Under the pieces are notes generated by a model. That model had not been told where the DNA came from, did not search any database, and saw only the letters and a list, made by a program, of their open reading frames with translations. DNA of 63,690 nucleotides, the filler included, from Nemertoderma westbladi (taxonomy: Eukaryota > Animalia > Xenacoelomorpha): the NCBI GenBank assembly GCA_032718475.1. It is 3 parts of 3 records of this genome, joined end to end, with 100 filler letters (N's around TTAATTAATTAA, not from the genome) between each part and the next. Parts side by side here need not be neighbours in the genome. Positions count along the whole stretch, not along the records: positions 25,812 to 45,996 come from JAUCBJ010001579.1; positions 46,097 to 63,690 come from JAUCBJ010008520.1; 1 more part is not named here. One strand, 5' to 3'. This document shows positions 42,290-55,319 of the stretch, piece after piece; positions within the stretch are counted from its first letter, which is position 1, and each line of letters starts with the position of its first letter. The position numbers and the translations under genes are program-made.

Positions 42290-42482
42290 TACGGAAGTCA
42301 GGACTACGAGACCTTCGGATACATAAGGGGAAGACAGGGGCATCTTTGAATAGTCTGTCCAGGATTTAAAAGTCCCATAGAATAAAACGTAACCTCGATT
42401 ATTTAGGGCAGCAGTAGTACCAGTACTTATATATATAGGAGTCCATGCTGGGCTCTAACTGCAGAGGATACCAAATCTCTGG
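42290..42482 (+). mobile_element. Decayed fragment of the same RTE family as 46097-47408
   Basis: gcagcagtagtaccagtac...gagtccatgctgggctctaactgcagaggataccaaatctctgg matches ~46830-47005. Confidence 0.7.
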
Positions 42483-42849
42483 TACTACAGCTAGCTGAGT
42501 TCGCAGCATCTAAGCTGAGTTATAATAATATGAAACCACTCATTCACACAAAATCACCAATAATAAATTACAAAATATACCGGTCGCATTTCTCTATGGG
42601 TGTAACTGTCCTGCTTAAATTAGTAGTTAGTGTGTATAATTAATCATTGTGGCCGTGATGGTTCTGGTTCATGGTTAAATATACACTACCCTTTCATTAT
42701 AGCGAGTGGTTAAAGACGGCCAAGTACGATAGGGTTGAGCACAGTGGCAGCATATGATGGTATTGGCAGATGGGAGGCCATGGGAAGGTAAATTGCGGAC
42801 ATACAAGGTATCAGATAGTATTTCCAGGTCTATCTTTTACCTGAGCCGC

Positions 42850-42930
42850 TATCTGAATGGTTAGAGAGCGTCAGACTTCCAAGTTCCAACCCGGAGGTCA
42901 ACAGTTCGATCCCACCTGGACGTCATTGCC
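42850..42930 (+). mobile_element. tRNA-derived SINE head (A/B-box-like)
   Basis: tggttagagagcgtcagactt...aggtcaacagttcgatccc; no complete cloverleaf. Confidence 0.4.
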
Positions 42931-44132
42931 GACTTTGTACAATTTTATTTTTAGAGTAATCAGCTGTTATTTGCGTCGATTTTTCCACTGGAGAGGGATA
43001 AATTTGTATTGCTTCGAAAGTCCCCCCCGAACTTTGACTATAATGTAACAATCATGCAACAATTCGAATGACGTCTTCACATTTTTTATTGACCAAATAT
43101 TAATCAACACATTTTCCGTCTCTCAAATCGATAGTGGTATATTTACATCAAAGTGACTTGCCTACATTAACATATTAAAATAAACGATGTAATTAACCAA
43201 CAGAACTCTAACGTCAATTTAACATACGATCCCAGGGTTGGGATTACCTGACCGAATGACGTATTACCGGGAGTGAAGTCCAACTTCTACAGGTACTACA
43301 TACATCAACCACGAAGTAATTATTGTTATGACAGTATGCAAACCCCACGCATTAGGTAGGCATTCTGTAATATAAAAGTATTCGGGGCGAGTCAAATCTG
43401 AGAGCCATCATCAGCGTATAGGCTAATAAATACAGTAGCCATTTTCCAAATGTCTGTTTCTGTGCGGAATCCGTAATCGTCGGACGTCTATATAACTAGC
43501 CAATGACAACTGTTCGCTAAGATGACCGGGTGTTTTCGTCATACACGAAGCCCAAGACCTGTAACACTGTACATTAATCATTCATTTCAAGAATTTCCCA
43601 ATGCGGACTGGGCAGACTGACGAGATTCTGATTCACAATTTGGAGGGCGGTTGGCGACATGCCATCGCATCAGGCAGATAACAGTAGTGGTAAGGGAAGA
43701 ATTTATCTGCAGCATTATTTTGAAAAAAGACTAAAGAAATTTGTATTAACATATATAATATAAGCCCAACAATGATAGGGGCCTACAACTGTAGAACTGT
43801 ATATGCAACTAAATTAAAAATCCCGCTATTGTGAATGCTGTTAGAGCTTTTCACCTAGATCGGAAGGAATCTCATCATTTTATCGACAGTCTTTTATCGA
43901 AAGAAAAAGTAATTTGGGATGACTCATTATGAGCGAGCATTGAGCTCTGCAAGTACAGTAGTACAGGTACAAGTAGTATTAGTAGTAGATGTACCCTACT
44001 AGTAGGGTACAAACAAAGCGGTTATTTAGTTCGTTTATTATTTTGGTTAGGGTTAGTTGTCAGGCCTCAACCATAATTAAAACTATTATGTTCCGCTAAA
44101 TTTCTTAGATTATGAGGTGATTATGGGTTACA

Positions 44133-44555
44133 GTGGAAAGTGTATTTTTATACGGGGGTGAGACCTGGACACTGACTAAATCACTTGAACAACGAATTGA
44201 TGGTTGCTATACAACACTACTTAGGGCAGCCCTAAACATCAGCTGGAGACAACACATGACAAACGCCGAGCTTTATGGTACAATACCACCTGTATCAACC
44301 ACCCTCCGTGAACGCAGATTAAGATTCAGTGGGCACTGCTGACAAAGTAAAGACGAGGTCATACCAGATCTACTTCTCTGGCAACCAACTCATGGAAAGC
44401 GAAGTCGTGGACGACCGGCCATAACATATATAGATCAACTTGAAATGGATACTGAACTTGGGAAAAATGAAATTGCGACAACTATGGAGAATCGGGAAGC
44501 CTGGAAGGATCTCATTTCCACTGTCCGAGTTCGCTCGACCTAGTAGTAGTAGTAG
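44133..44555 (+). mobile_element. 5'-truncated RTE-clade LINE 3' end with (TAG)n tail
   Basis: ESVFLYGGETWTLTK...LRAALNISW..HMTN.ELYG...RRLRFSGHC, then GKRSRGRP after an in-frame stop; tagtagtagtagtag at 44541. Confidence 0.8.
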
Positions 44556-44670
44556 CAGTTAGGGTTACATGAAGGTTTTAATTAGGGTTGAGGCCGCCAC
44601 TACTGTAACCAGCGAGTTTCATATAAGTATAAAAATCCCTGTTGTTCACTTTGTCCTGTTGTGAGACAGG

Positions 44671-44711
<41 letters not shown>

Positions 44712-45996
44712 GGACGCAAAACCCGGCTTGGCGAATTAATATTCCGCCTCAATGTTAAATTCTCAATTTAGGGAAAGGAGCAGGTTACAATGCAACGTCG
44801 AATTTCCCCTGGAGAGGGATGAATTTTTATTGCGTCCAGTCCCCCCCCCCCCCCCCCCCCTATCTGCCTGTTGTACCCTTTCTATAACATTTGTAACCTT
44901 TGACATGGTTTTTGAACCCCCCAACCATTTGACATGGCTGTTGTTCACTTTACTAAAATGTTACAATATAACAATAAAACAATTCAACGTAAATAATTAC
45001 TGTAATTTATTGTAACAATGTATTTTTCCCAAGCACCAGTGAGGAATATATAGTCGAGTCGAGAGTATAGTCGTAGGCCTACGTTTAATTCCCCGTATTA
45101 CGTAATTATTTTAATATATTTTTAATTATATTTGAAATAATGAATTATTTTTTTCTGGTGGTTGGGTGGGATATGGGGCGCCGTGGGCTTCAAAAATATG
45201 AAAATGCCGGCGATTGCGGCGGGGAATTTTCAAGGACTTTCTCCCATCTAACTGTAATGGAATATAAAGACGATGCGGTGTTCTATAGTTATACTAGAAA
45301 GTCTTAATTGTGAGTAATTGTAATATATCACCTTTTGGTTCGATACCTGTCACTTAACCTGTTCCCTCAATAAATTTCCCCCGACCTATTGCGCCCATAG
45401 GACCTATATCATTAATACCAGAAAAATCAAATTTAAGACTAAAAGAAATCTTCAAACATATTTATTCCAGGCTAAAATCATTGGGTCACTTTAAGAATTC
45501 TTCTCTCTGTGGTTCAGTACCAAGGCGACCTCTATACAGGTCGCCTTTGTATAGAGGTCGCCTTGTTCAGTACTGTCATAATATTGAAGCAGTTAATAGT
45601 TAGGTACACACGTTCGTGGGGACTTCGCGCAGCACGTAGTCGGCAAGCCTTGGCATACGGTTCATATAGAGCAAATGAGGCATGTCTAGTTTGGACCCCA
45701 TATCCCATGCTATAAATGTATTCATTCGATATACAATCATATGTTAATCCGCTAGGTGGTGTCAAATTGTTATTCTGCAATTTCGTACTTACCAGTGCAG
45801 CACTGTACAGCAGTACCGTACCGGTAGGCCTATGTCATTACTTCTGAGTCTCTAGCGGATCCCCAATTAAATGTCTTAACTTTTCAATTTCGTAAAAGAT
45901 AGACTTCATGATTCTCTACATGCCACCAAAATTTCAGCTCAGGAAAATGAGGCCTTCCCGAGAAATTTAACATTTTCTAAAAACCACATAATCTGT

Positions 45997-46096
45997 NNNN
46001 NNNNNNNNNNNNNNNNNNNNNNNNNNNNNNNNNNNNNNNNTTAATTAATTAANNNNNNNNNNNNNNNNNNNNNNNNNNNNNNNNNNNNNNNNNNNN
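45997..46096. other. Synthetic assembly gap/linker
   Basis: 44 N + TTAATTAATTAA + 44 N. Confidence 0.95.
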
Positions 46097-47408
46097 GGAT
46101 TATATTAAATCGCATCAGGGATCCCATTGAGAGACTGCTCCGTGGAAATCAGAATGGGTTCCGTAAAGGTCGTGGGACCATGGAGCCCATTTTGGCTCTT
46201 AGAAGGATAATTGAAGAATTATCAAAAAAGAAAGACAGGCATCTGGCTGTTATCTTTGTTGACTTCTTCAAGGCCTTTGATTCAGTCTCTCGCTCACGTA
46301 TGTTCAGCATACTTTCATTATATGGGATTCCTGATGAAATTATTGCAGCAATCAGATCAGTATACGATGGTTCGACAACATTTGTGTCTACTGTTGACGG
46401 TGACACAGAACCATTTGAAGTGTTATGGGGCGTCCTCCAAGGAGACACACTTGCACCATTCTTGTTCATTATTGTGGTTGACTATGTTCTACGCATGTCC
46501 TTAGATCATCATAATGATGATGGGGTGATGATAACTCCACCTACTGGCTCCATAAGTCGAGGAAATCCTGCCAAGTACCTAACTGATCTAGACTTTGCTG
46601 ATGACTTAGGAGTACTCTCAGAATCATTAGAGGGAGCCCAACGGCTCCTCAGCTCATTAGAACATGCTGCTTCTTTTATTAACTCCAGAAAGACCAAAAT
46701 TCTGACCGTTAACTTTGAAAGTCCTCAGCAAGTCTCTGATCGGATGAGCCTAAGCTCAAAGGATGGTATGCTTGAGCATGTGGACGACTTCTGTTACCTG
46801 GGATCATGGATCCGGAAGTCAGGTGAGGACCTTCGAATACGTAAGGGAAAGGCATGGGCAGCTTTGAATAGGCTTTCCAGGATTTGGAAGTCACCGAGAA
46901 TTAATCGGAAACTTAAGGTCCGGTTATTTAGAGCAGCAGTAGTTCCAGTACTCCTCTATGGGAGTCCATGCTGGGCTCTAACTGCTGAGGACACCAAATC
47001 TCTGGACGGCACATTCACAAGAATGCTACGCCGGGTTCATTGTGTCAAGTTCAATGCACACATCTCCAACCAGACACTATATAATATTGTACAGTAGGTG
47101 TCTCATTGGTTCCCCCAAGCTTGACACTAGAACAAAATCGCCTCCGCTTTGCAGGACATTGCTTTCGCCGTGAGGTCCAGCCAGTGCATAATCTTGTACT
47201 TTGGCAGCCTCATGGAGTGAATAAGCATGGTGGACAGCCCATGACTTTCTTGAGACGCATCTTAAAGGACACTGGCCTTAAAGATGCGGATGATCTAGCA
47301 AATGTCATGGGTGATAGGGAGTTGTGGCGGTGCAATTTTGTCGATGAGCCGGCACAGCATTCTTAAAAATGCAGCTGCAATGCAGCATGCCGATCCTAGT
47401 AGTAGTAG
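46097..47408 (+). mobile_element. RTE-clade LINE, RT to 3' end, with (TAG)n tail; broken near 47095
   Basis: QNGFRKGR, FVDFFKAFDSV, GVLQGDTLAPFLF, LDFADD, YLGSWI, LLYGS, RLRFAGHC; tagtagtagtag at ~47397. Confidence 0.9.
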
Positions 47409-47833
47409 CCACTCTGCCAGGGTAGGTACCTAACCGAGACTCAGCTTTTTATATTCCAGTGCAACAGTAGGCAGTTGTTCGATGTTTCAACGGTGTTCGA
47501 TTGTTTTATAAGTATAGAGTTTATAAGAACACGTGGCTCAAATTAGTTTAGAAATGATTAAGAAAAGTTTATGAATATTTTTCTTCACCAAATTGCTCTT
47601 TTTATTATTGTTATTTAATTACCGTTAATAATGGTTTTCGGATTTGGTTTTCGGTTATTGGCGTAGCCTTTACACCCCACTAATCTTGAAGGCAGAGACG
47701 GGGGGGGGGGGATACTGGACGCAAATCACATCTTGGCGAATTAATATCCGGCTGTCGGCTGTCGGATGTCGGCTGTTGGTTGTCGGCTGTCGGCGTAACG
47801 TTTACACCCTGATTTGATAATATTATATATAAA

Positions 47834-49410
47834 CAAGGACTTCTAGAACATAGTATATATTCAGGACGCGATGCTCGCATACAGTGTTAATTTTATTAGA
47901 GGCCGGTTTTTTCTATTTAGTGTAGGCCTAATTACTTTAATTTACTTCTCAATTTCCTTTCATTGTTTTTAATGCGAACGTTTTTAATGTTTTTAATTTG
48001 TATTGCTAACAACCTAATGTACTTTCTTTTAATGTAAATATTTTACGACAATTTGCTAGCGATAATTTATTAGTACAAAATAACTATGTTGAAAGATATT
48101 CGAAATAACCTTTGAAATAAGTTGTGTGAAATAACTGACTGTATCTACCACTGAAACCGAACTCCTAATTAAATATACGAGCCACAATATTTCGAAATAT
48201 GTATAATCTGGAGGCAGTTTTTATACGTTTATCCCAGAGTACAGTTAGACTTGATACACTTATTATTGTTTACAGGAAATTTACTGTTTATTTACTGAGA
48301 ATAAGTCAAATAATTTTGTGCGTAATCTAATCCCTGGCCTAACGGCTGAAAAACATTACATTTTACTTAATTTTTATTCACAATAAGTGCTCATTTTCGA
48401 TAACACATTTAGCTTATAGTAAGCTCTTATTCAACAGTCTCGTCTAATTTATGTTTATTGCAGCCCTATTGGCTATTCAGTTTTCTCTTCTTCCTATTGT
48501 TAGTCTCTACATCTCTGTCATTAGCCGCTTTATTGCTGTAGAACTTGGAGAGTCCCTTCATCAGTATATATTGCCTTCGTAATTAATTACCTTCGAAAGC
48601 TGTTCTATGAGAAAGTCATTCTTCAATGAGTAGACTGGGATCAACTTCACCATGAATGCACATCCACTCAATAAGGGCTTAACCATAACCATGATACTCA
48701 GAACCTTCCTAGCTGGTTTTGTTTGATTTTGTTTACCTTTACAGTGTGCGGTTAATAGTGTCTAGTAGGCCTATAGTTAGTGATGTTAAGGCACCTTCTG
48801 GTGTTTCTCTGTGCCCTCTCGGTGTCAGACTAATGGCGCGACATCTCCCTGCACTAAATTAATTATTCAATGGTCTAGGCTCATCCATCCATATACCCAT
48901 CCACTCCATGAATCTCCATGTGGTCTTGTATGTAGTTCTCTCTCTACCAATACAGCCCATGTCCGCAATGTTACGCCCTGGAATACGTTTTAAAAAAGTA
49001 GCAACAACTAGCTAGTATGTACATGATCTTTTAACTTGATGAAACAAGTTCTAGAATAAAAAGCTATGATTAAAACCAAGGCGTCCTAAACTATTTGATT
49101 GTTAAATTTGCGAGAAATTTCCACTGTGTTTCTGTTTACTATGTAATAGGCAATACTATTGTATGTGTGTGTGTACCCATAAACAAATTTTTGCTACTAC
49201 AGTATAGCTAGTTTTTGTATTAGTAATTTTAGTAATAGTATTGTAGTATAATTTTCGCCAATACTGTAGTATTTCAACTGCATTTCTTTTATTTAGCTAC
49301 ACTTTATCTATAAACTAAGAAACTAAGATAATGAATACCGGCCTCTAATAAAATTAACACTGTATGCGAGCATCGCGTCCTGAATGTATACTATGTTCTA
49401 GAAGTCCTTG
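47834..49410. mobile_element. Non-autonomous P-element-like DNA transposon, ~74-bp TIRs, 7-bp TSD
   Basis: caaggacttctagaacatagtata...agaggccggt (47834-47907) inverted at 49337-49410; ATATAAA at 47827-47833 and 49411-49417. Confidence 0.8.
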
Positions 49411-49659
49411 ATATAAATGACTGGAAATGTAGTTATTTATTTTTAAATAATTGTTATGTTCTTGAGCAACAAGTTTCTGTGTGTGAGTGAGGTCCAGCAA
49501 CAACTTTGAGAAACAAGTTCCAGAAACAAGTTGCTCCGTGTGAGGGGGGCCTTAATGGGATTACATGAAATTTGTTGAATTTGAAAATTGAAATTTGAAA
49601 AATGTTAGATAATTTTATAAAGCAATATTGTATATTGAGTTCCTTTTTGGAGTTCGCCT

Positions 49660-49875
49660 TGAAGCTTGAAGACACTAAATTTGCAATATCTTTTAACTTA
49701 GTGAATTAATTTAGCTAAAATTACTTGCAAACCTTTTCTACCCTTCCTAGAATTTTTTAAAATTTATTATATTTGTTAAAAAAGCATCTTTTAACAAATG
49801 TAATAAATTTTAAAAAATTCTACCAAAAATATTAACTTTATTTTTTCACCGGGAAGAGAATTAAAATCAATGCAA
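49660..49875. repeat. Dispersed repeat, second copy at ~58320-58490
   Basis: gacactaaa(t/g)ttgcaata...atgtaataaa...ccggga...taaaatcaat shared. Confidence 0.55.
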
Positions 49876-50594
49876 TCCTATGGGATACTTTTTTCCCTAT
49901 GGAAAAGGTGAATTTCGGAGTATATTCGAGCAGAAAAGTAACAATTTAGAATAAAATATATGTATATTTAGTATTCTATGGTATGTTGAATCTATCTATC
50001 GCTGTTTCAAATTTCGTACAATATCATTAAGATTGATTTGTATGTAGAACAATTGGGGGGTGGGGGGAGGGGGGGAATGTTGACCCCCCTCCCCCCCTCC
50101 CCCCTCTAAAATCTACAAATTTTAACGAATATGTCTGAATTTTTGTTTGTACGATTTCACTAGTCTGAATCCGACCGAAAAAAAATTTTTGAAAAAATGT
50201 ATATGTACAATGTATTGTTATACAATTGTATATACAATGTATATATTGCAGCACCAAAATTACAAGGTAGACCTAGTGAACAATTTTCATACAATTTGAA
50301 AGTTACAATTTTCTGCTAATTGTTTTTCAATACAGGTTTTCTGGGTTGCAAAATCCATTGGAAAATATTTAAAATTGATCTAATTATAAATGGCTGTTTT
50401 AGTCCTCTACAGTAGGCCTACATTGGCAAAAAATGAAAAAAAAAACAGGTGACAACCACTTCGGTTTGAATAAAAAATTTTTAATTCACGATGCTATAAA
50501 TTCGCAGTTTATGTTTTCTGGGGCGCTGATTCTAATGGAATACATTTCTAATTTGCCAGATCATTGCTACACACATTTTTGGGCGTAATATGGC

Positions 50595-51300
50595 AAATTT
50601 TGGTGCTAGCACCAAATTTCGTACCCATCACCAAAAAGTGCAAGTTTGAGATGTCCAGTGATATTTTTATTGATTTCATCGCATTTAGGACCCTCATAAA
50701 CCCGTATAACGCAAGATGATACTATATATTGATCAATATGCTTATTTTCAAAAATTTGGTGCTGGCACAACAATTTTCGCCCCACCGGCGAAAAATACAA
50801 GTTTAAAACCTCTTATGCAATTTTTACTTGTTCCATTGAATCCAGAACCCGGACAAGCCCGTATAACGCAAGAAACAGGGTGACACAATCAATTGATATA
50901 TTTGACGGTATTCAAAATTTGATGCTAGCACCAAATTTTGCACCCACTTCCGAAAAATACAAATTTAAGATGTCTAGTTAGATAATTATTTATACCATTG
51001 AATTCAGAACCAACATAAACCTCTAAAACTCGGGAAATAATTTGTTACAAGCAATACTTGATCTATTGAATAGATTTTCAAAATTTCGTGCAGGCACGAA
51101 ATTTTACACACAGCAACGAAAATTACAAGTTTGATATGCCTGGTGCAACTCGTATATATTCCATCGAAACCAGAACCCAAAATAACCCCTAAATTGCGCA
51201 AAATTCAATCAATTTACAAAATTAACATATTTCAAAATTTGGTGCTAGTACCAAAATTTGGCGCCCGCCGAAAAAAAACAAGTTTGAAATTTCTAAACAC
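50595..51300. repeat. Diverged ~160-bp tandem repeats
   Basis: aaatttggtgctagcaccaaattt-like palindromic core at ~50600, 50755, 50917, 51080, 51237. Confidence 0.6.
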
Positions 51301-51611
51301 CAAAAAACCAGTGTAAATAAAAAATAGAGGTTTTACAAATCATATTTCTTGAAATGTATTTTTCAAAAAAAGTCTCAAAAAAGTGACAAAAGTAGGGTTA
51401 AAAAATGGTGTTATAACTCGAAAACTTCCCTTTATTTTTTAAAACGGTTTTCGCAATTAGGAAGACAATTGATTTTTAGGAAAAGTCATACAATTTCAGA
51501 TTCCCCTCTACGTTTGTTTCAGAGTTATAACAAAACAAAAAACACGGGGGGGGGGGGGGCTAGATTAAACTCAACCTTTAATTAAGCTTTTAAGAAATGT
51601 TGCTTATAATT

Positions 51612-52659
51612 TTATATGTTACAGTACATAGGGTTTGTGTATTTATTTATGATATGGCGTTTGAGTGAACCAATACACATTTTCAGATATACTTTGATGC
51701 AATCATGACACTTGCATGCCCATAAATTACCACTATTCAATCTAGTAACCTCGGCTTCGGGGCACCTGTGCTTTCCTTTTTTACATCGCGGTACCACGGA
51801 GATTGCTTCAACAACTTTTATGTCAATCACATTTGAATCTTTCAACTTTTGAATAAGATCGTAGTAGAAATGTGTGGTGCATTCGTGGCACTTGGAATTC
51901 ATGAAGTTGGTGGCTGTTATCGGTGAGACACCCGCCATTCTGTTCTTGGAACAACAATTGTTGTCTGACCGACAACCGGTACTGGTGAACCCGTCAAAGA
52001 GAGACTCAGTCTTCAAATTCCGCTTGAATGAACTCACTTGGAGGGAAATCTTTTGTTAGCATAAAAATATCAACTGGTAAATATTCACGTTGCTTAGCTG
52101 CAGTACTCCTACCATTTAATTCGCTTTCGTGCGGCAACTGACGTAAAATTGGTAGAATAGGTGATTCTTTGGATTTATAAAGAAAGTTGCGTGCCCAGGT
52201 CACCGGGTTTCGGGTATGTTTCTGTTGATTTACGGTTGTTTTAGCTTGTTCCTGTTCGACTCTCGCGACTTCGACCTGTCTCTTAAAGTCCTTAACATCC
52301 TCCACAATTATCTCATGTTTTTTGTAGACTTTGTCAAGGAATACCTTGTAGTAAATTTCTAAACGATTAATCTTGTTAGCATATTCAGAGAATTTACTCC
52401 AATGTTTATGTCCATCGTTCATTCGATGTAACTTCGCTCTATCTCTCGGATGTGCCAGAGGATTACTCTCTATGTCCAATGTATTGTAATATGTTAAAAC
52501 TTCATTTACTTTATTAAGCCATTCTGAAGATAGTCTCTGTTGTTCTATCCACCAGTTATGGCTGTCTTTCAGTAATTTTTCTAAAATAATAGCTGTAAAC
52601 TCATCGTCTCTCTCTTGAATTTGTTCTTCACCTTTATCAATGTCACGGCATTTATTCAT
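51612..52659 (-). CDS. Two overlapping orphan ORFs (217 aa helical/charged; 141 aa Cys-rich), possibly one frameshifted or spliced gene
   Basis: ORF track 52006-52659 and 51612-52037; long for AT-rich DNA; no family recognised. Confidence 0.4.
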
Positions 52660-55319
52660 TCCCCTTGCATTTATTCTTGAATTATAAATATGAAAATCGA
52701 TTAGTTAATTATTGTTTCGTTTCATCGCTACTGTATTAACTAGGTAAACTACACTAATGTTACCGTAGCGACCAAAGCTACTGGAGAATTTTAACAATAA
52801 ACAGAAGCGGCCCACGGAGTGAAACCAATCCAAACATTGGCAACACAAGAATAACAATACTATGTAGATTTGGTCTCATCTAAGTAAGTGAAACAATCTC
52901 ACCCATTAAACCACACGGGAGCTTAGGTGCGTGCAATATACTGTAGGCAATATGTACAGTATAACATACCCATGTAACTACAGAGAAGGCCAGGTTTGGT
53001 AGCTGTACTGTATATTAATCAGCTGACACAAACGCTGAGCCAATCTGAGCCGGTAAAGTGAATATTGAGTATACCTACATAATTATCCAATCAATCTTCA
53101 AAAAATACGGAGATTAACATATTCATCCAATCAACGATCAACAGTTTATTATGTTGGTTGTACATTATTTATTCTAGATCAGTAGTTACGTTGACGGTAA
53201 TTATTAATAAATTTGCATTAAAGTGTTAGTTGTAAGAGCTTTTTCTCCAGTAACTACAGTAGTTTAATGGAATTTTTGGTTTGATTATTTGATTAACTTT
53301 CTGGAATATGATTTGTCTACTGTATGCCTCGAAAATGCTGATTAAAAACTCGGACAAAAATTTTTTACTTTTTTTAATAAGAAATAGTTAATTTTTTTTT
53401 ATTTATTTGTTATACTGTATAAATATCCGCATTTTTTATCCGCATATATTATCCGCATTTCTTCGAAATCGTAAAAACATATTTTTCTTAAATTAATAGG
53501 CGTACCTTTTTCAACATTATAACACCTAAACTGTAGAGTCAGACGATCGCAGGGCTGGGTCCTGCTGACAACACCGCCATTATATTTGCAATTACAGTAG
53601 CTAGCTACTGTAATATTACGAATTTAAAGTAAATCAATTGAATATAGAGGGCCCAATAAAATAGGTCATATCGCCGGTAAAAAGGCAAAAGAGCATTTAT
53701 GCAAGCAGATTCCTGGCAATGTCGTCCACTTTCTGGCGAAATATTAAAGCCTGAAGTGATTTTTGTGCAAAATTACTGTATAGCGTTTTTTAGGAAATTT
53801 TTCGGGTGTAAAAGGGCATTTGTGTAAAATCTATGTAAAGGAAGTTGGTAGGCCTACAACTAACGGTACTTCGCCCTGTCAGCACCCTCTGTCATTTTTT
53901 TAATCATAAATTTTTTGAGAGTTTTTGAGTGTTTTTTTTACATTATGTCAACTTAGCAGCGTTCTAGTAATTACTCGTAACGCTGCAAAGTACTACTGTA
54001 ATTTGCAGCGTTGCGGCCTACTGTATAGGACCGAACGCTGCAAAGTAATCATTAGATTAGACAGGAAACAACTTAAGGGGAGGTACCCCATCAGGATATT
54101 TTATTTTTAAACAGCTCTACCTTCGTGTTGTACGTCAATATCACTGTTATGTTGTGTTCAGCCATTACCATAATATAAAATTTATTGAAAGATGATTTGC
54201 TTCGCTGTCGTTCCTAACAAAAATTGTTCTTTGTCCCCTAACGACCAAATTTTCATTGTAACACGAAAATGGAATGATCTGAGTTTATAATTTTTTTTTT
54301 TTGTGATGGAGGGTTTACTTGTGGTTCATTTTATAATCAGACCACCCCAAAATACGCAGGAACCCGAAAGGAAATTGAAGAAAATTTCCAACTATCCAAA
54401 ATTTCTTATTTCATCAAATCTATCCCTAAAGTTTTTGGTTTTCGTTATATCTCGTGAAGTTCCAATTAAATCCGGTCGATTTTGTTAAAATATTATAAAC
54501 AGCCTGTTATTTTCTAATTGTTATATTTTGAACACTCAAAGTTCTAAACTTTGAGATTTTGCGTGATAAAGATATCAAATTCTCTGTCCGTAACAAAGTC
54601 TTTTAAATTATTATGCCCATAATTAAAATGTTCAAATTAGCATCCATAAAATCCTTTCTTCACATACCGACCGCTGATTGGTTGACAAAATATAACTAAA
54701 TTACATACATTACATACATACATACATTGCATGCAAAGGTTTCTTTTCAGCGTTAAAGACCCTTGTTTATTTATGTAGACTTCCCTCGCTGCGCTCGTTC
54801 GGTACATAAATAAACTCAGGTAGTAACCCTGCAAAGTGCTACTTTGCACGCAATGATGTAAATAGTACCATCTTACTACACAACTCACTAATATAATAAT
54901 AATAATATTCTCCCACTCCCTCATTCCTAATACCATTTACATAATCTAAACAAACAGCTGAATATTCCTATACAAATAAACCATATTGAAAACTACTGTA
55001 TATTGAAAAAAAATGTTCTACTGTATGTTTTTTTTTCCCATATAATACGTACTAACTTTATTCTTAAATTGGTAGGCCTACTTGTTTGTTGCTAAATTCT
55101 TTAATAAAACATAGCTATCACAGTCCAACAGTAGTGTTACAAGATTAATTCAACTGTAGTATTTTAATATATTGCTTCCAAAGTTACTGCGATTCATATT
55201 ATTGTACTCTTCAACTGTCCATGTTGCCTTACTCAATGTTAAAATAATTTAGTGCTCGAATATTTATTACGTATCTAGAGAGCCGCATGACCTGACATTA
55301 TAGAGTCAGATCACCTTGA

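Noticed and set aside
42850-42930. Functional tRNA gene
   Set aside because: B-box-like motif present but no closing acceptor stem and an expanded anticodon arm; treated as SINE-derived
44046-44590. Telomere-targeted LINE insertion (ttaggg words near the RTE fragment)
   Set aside because: Only isolated ttagggtt words, no tandem telomeric array
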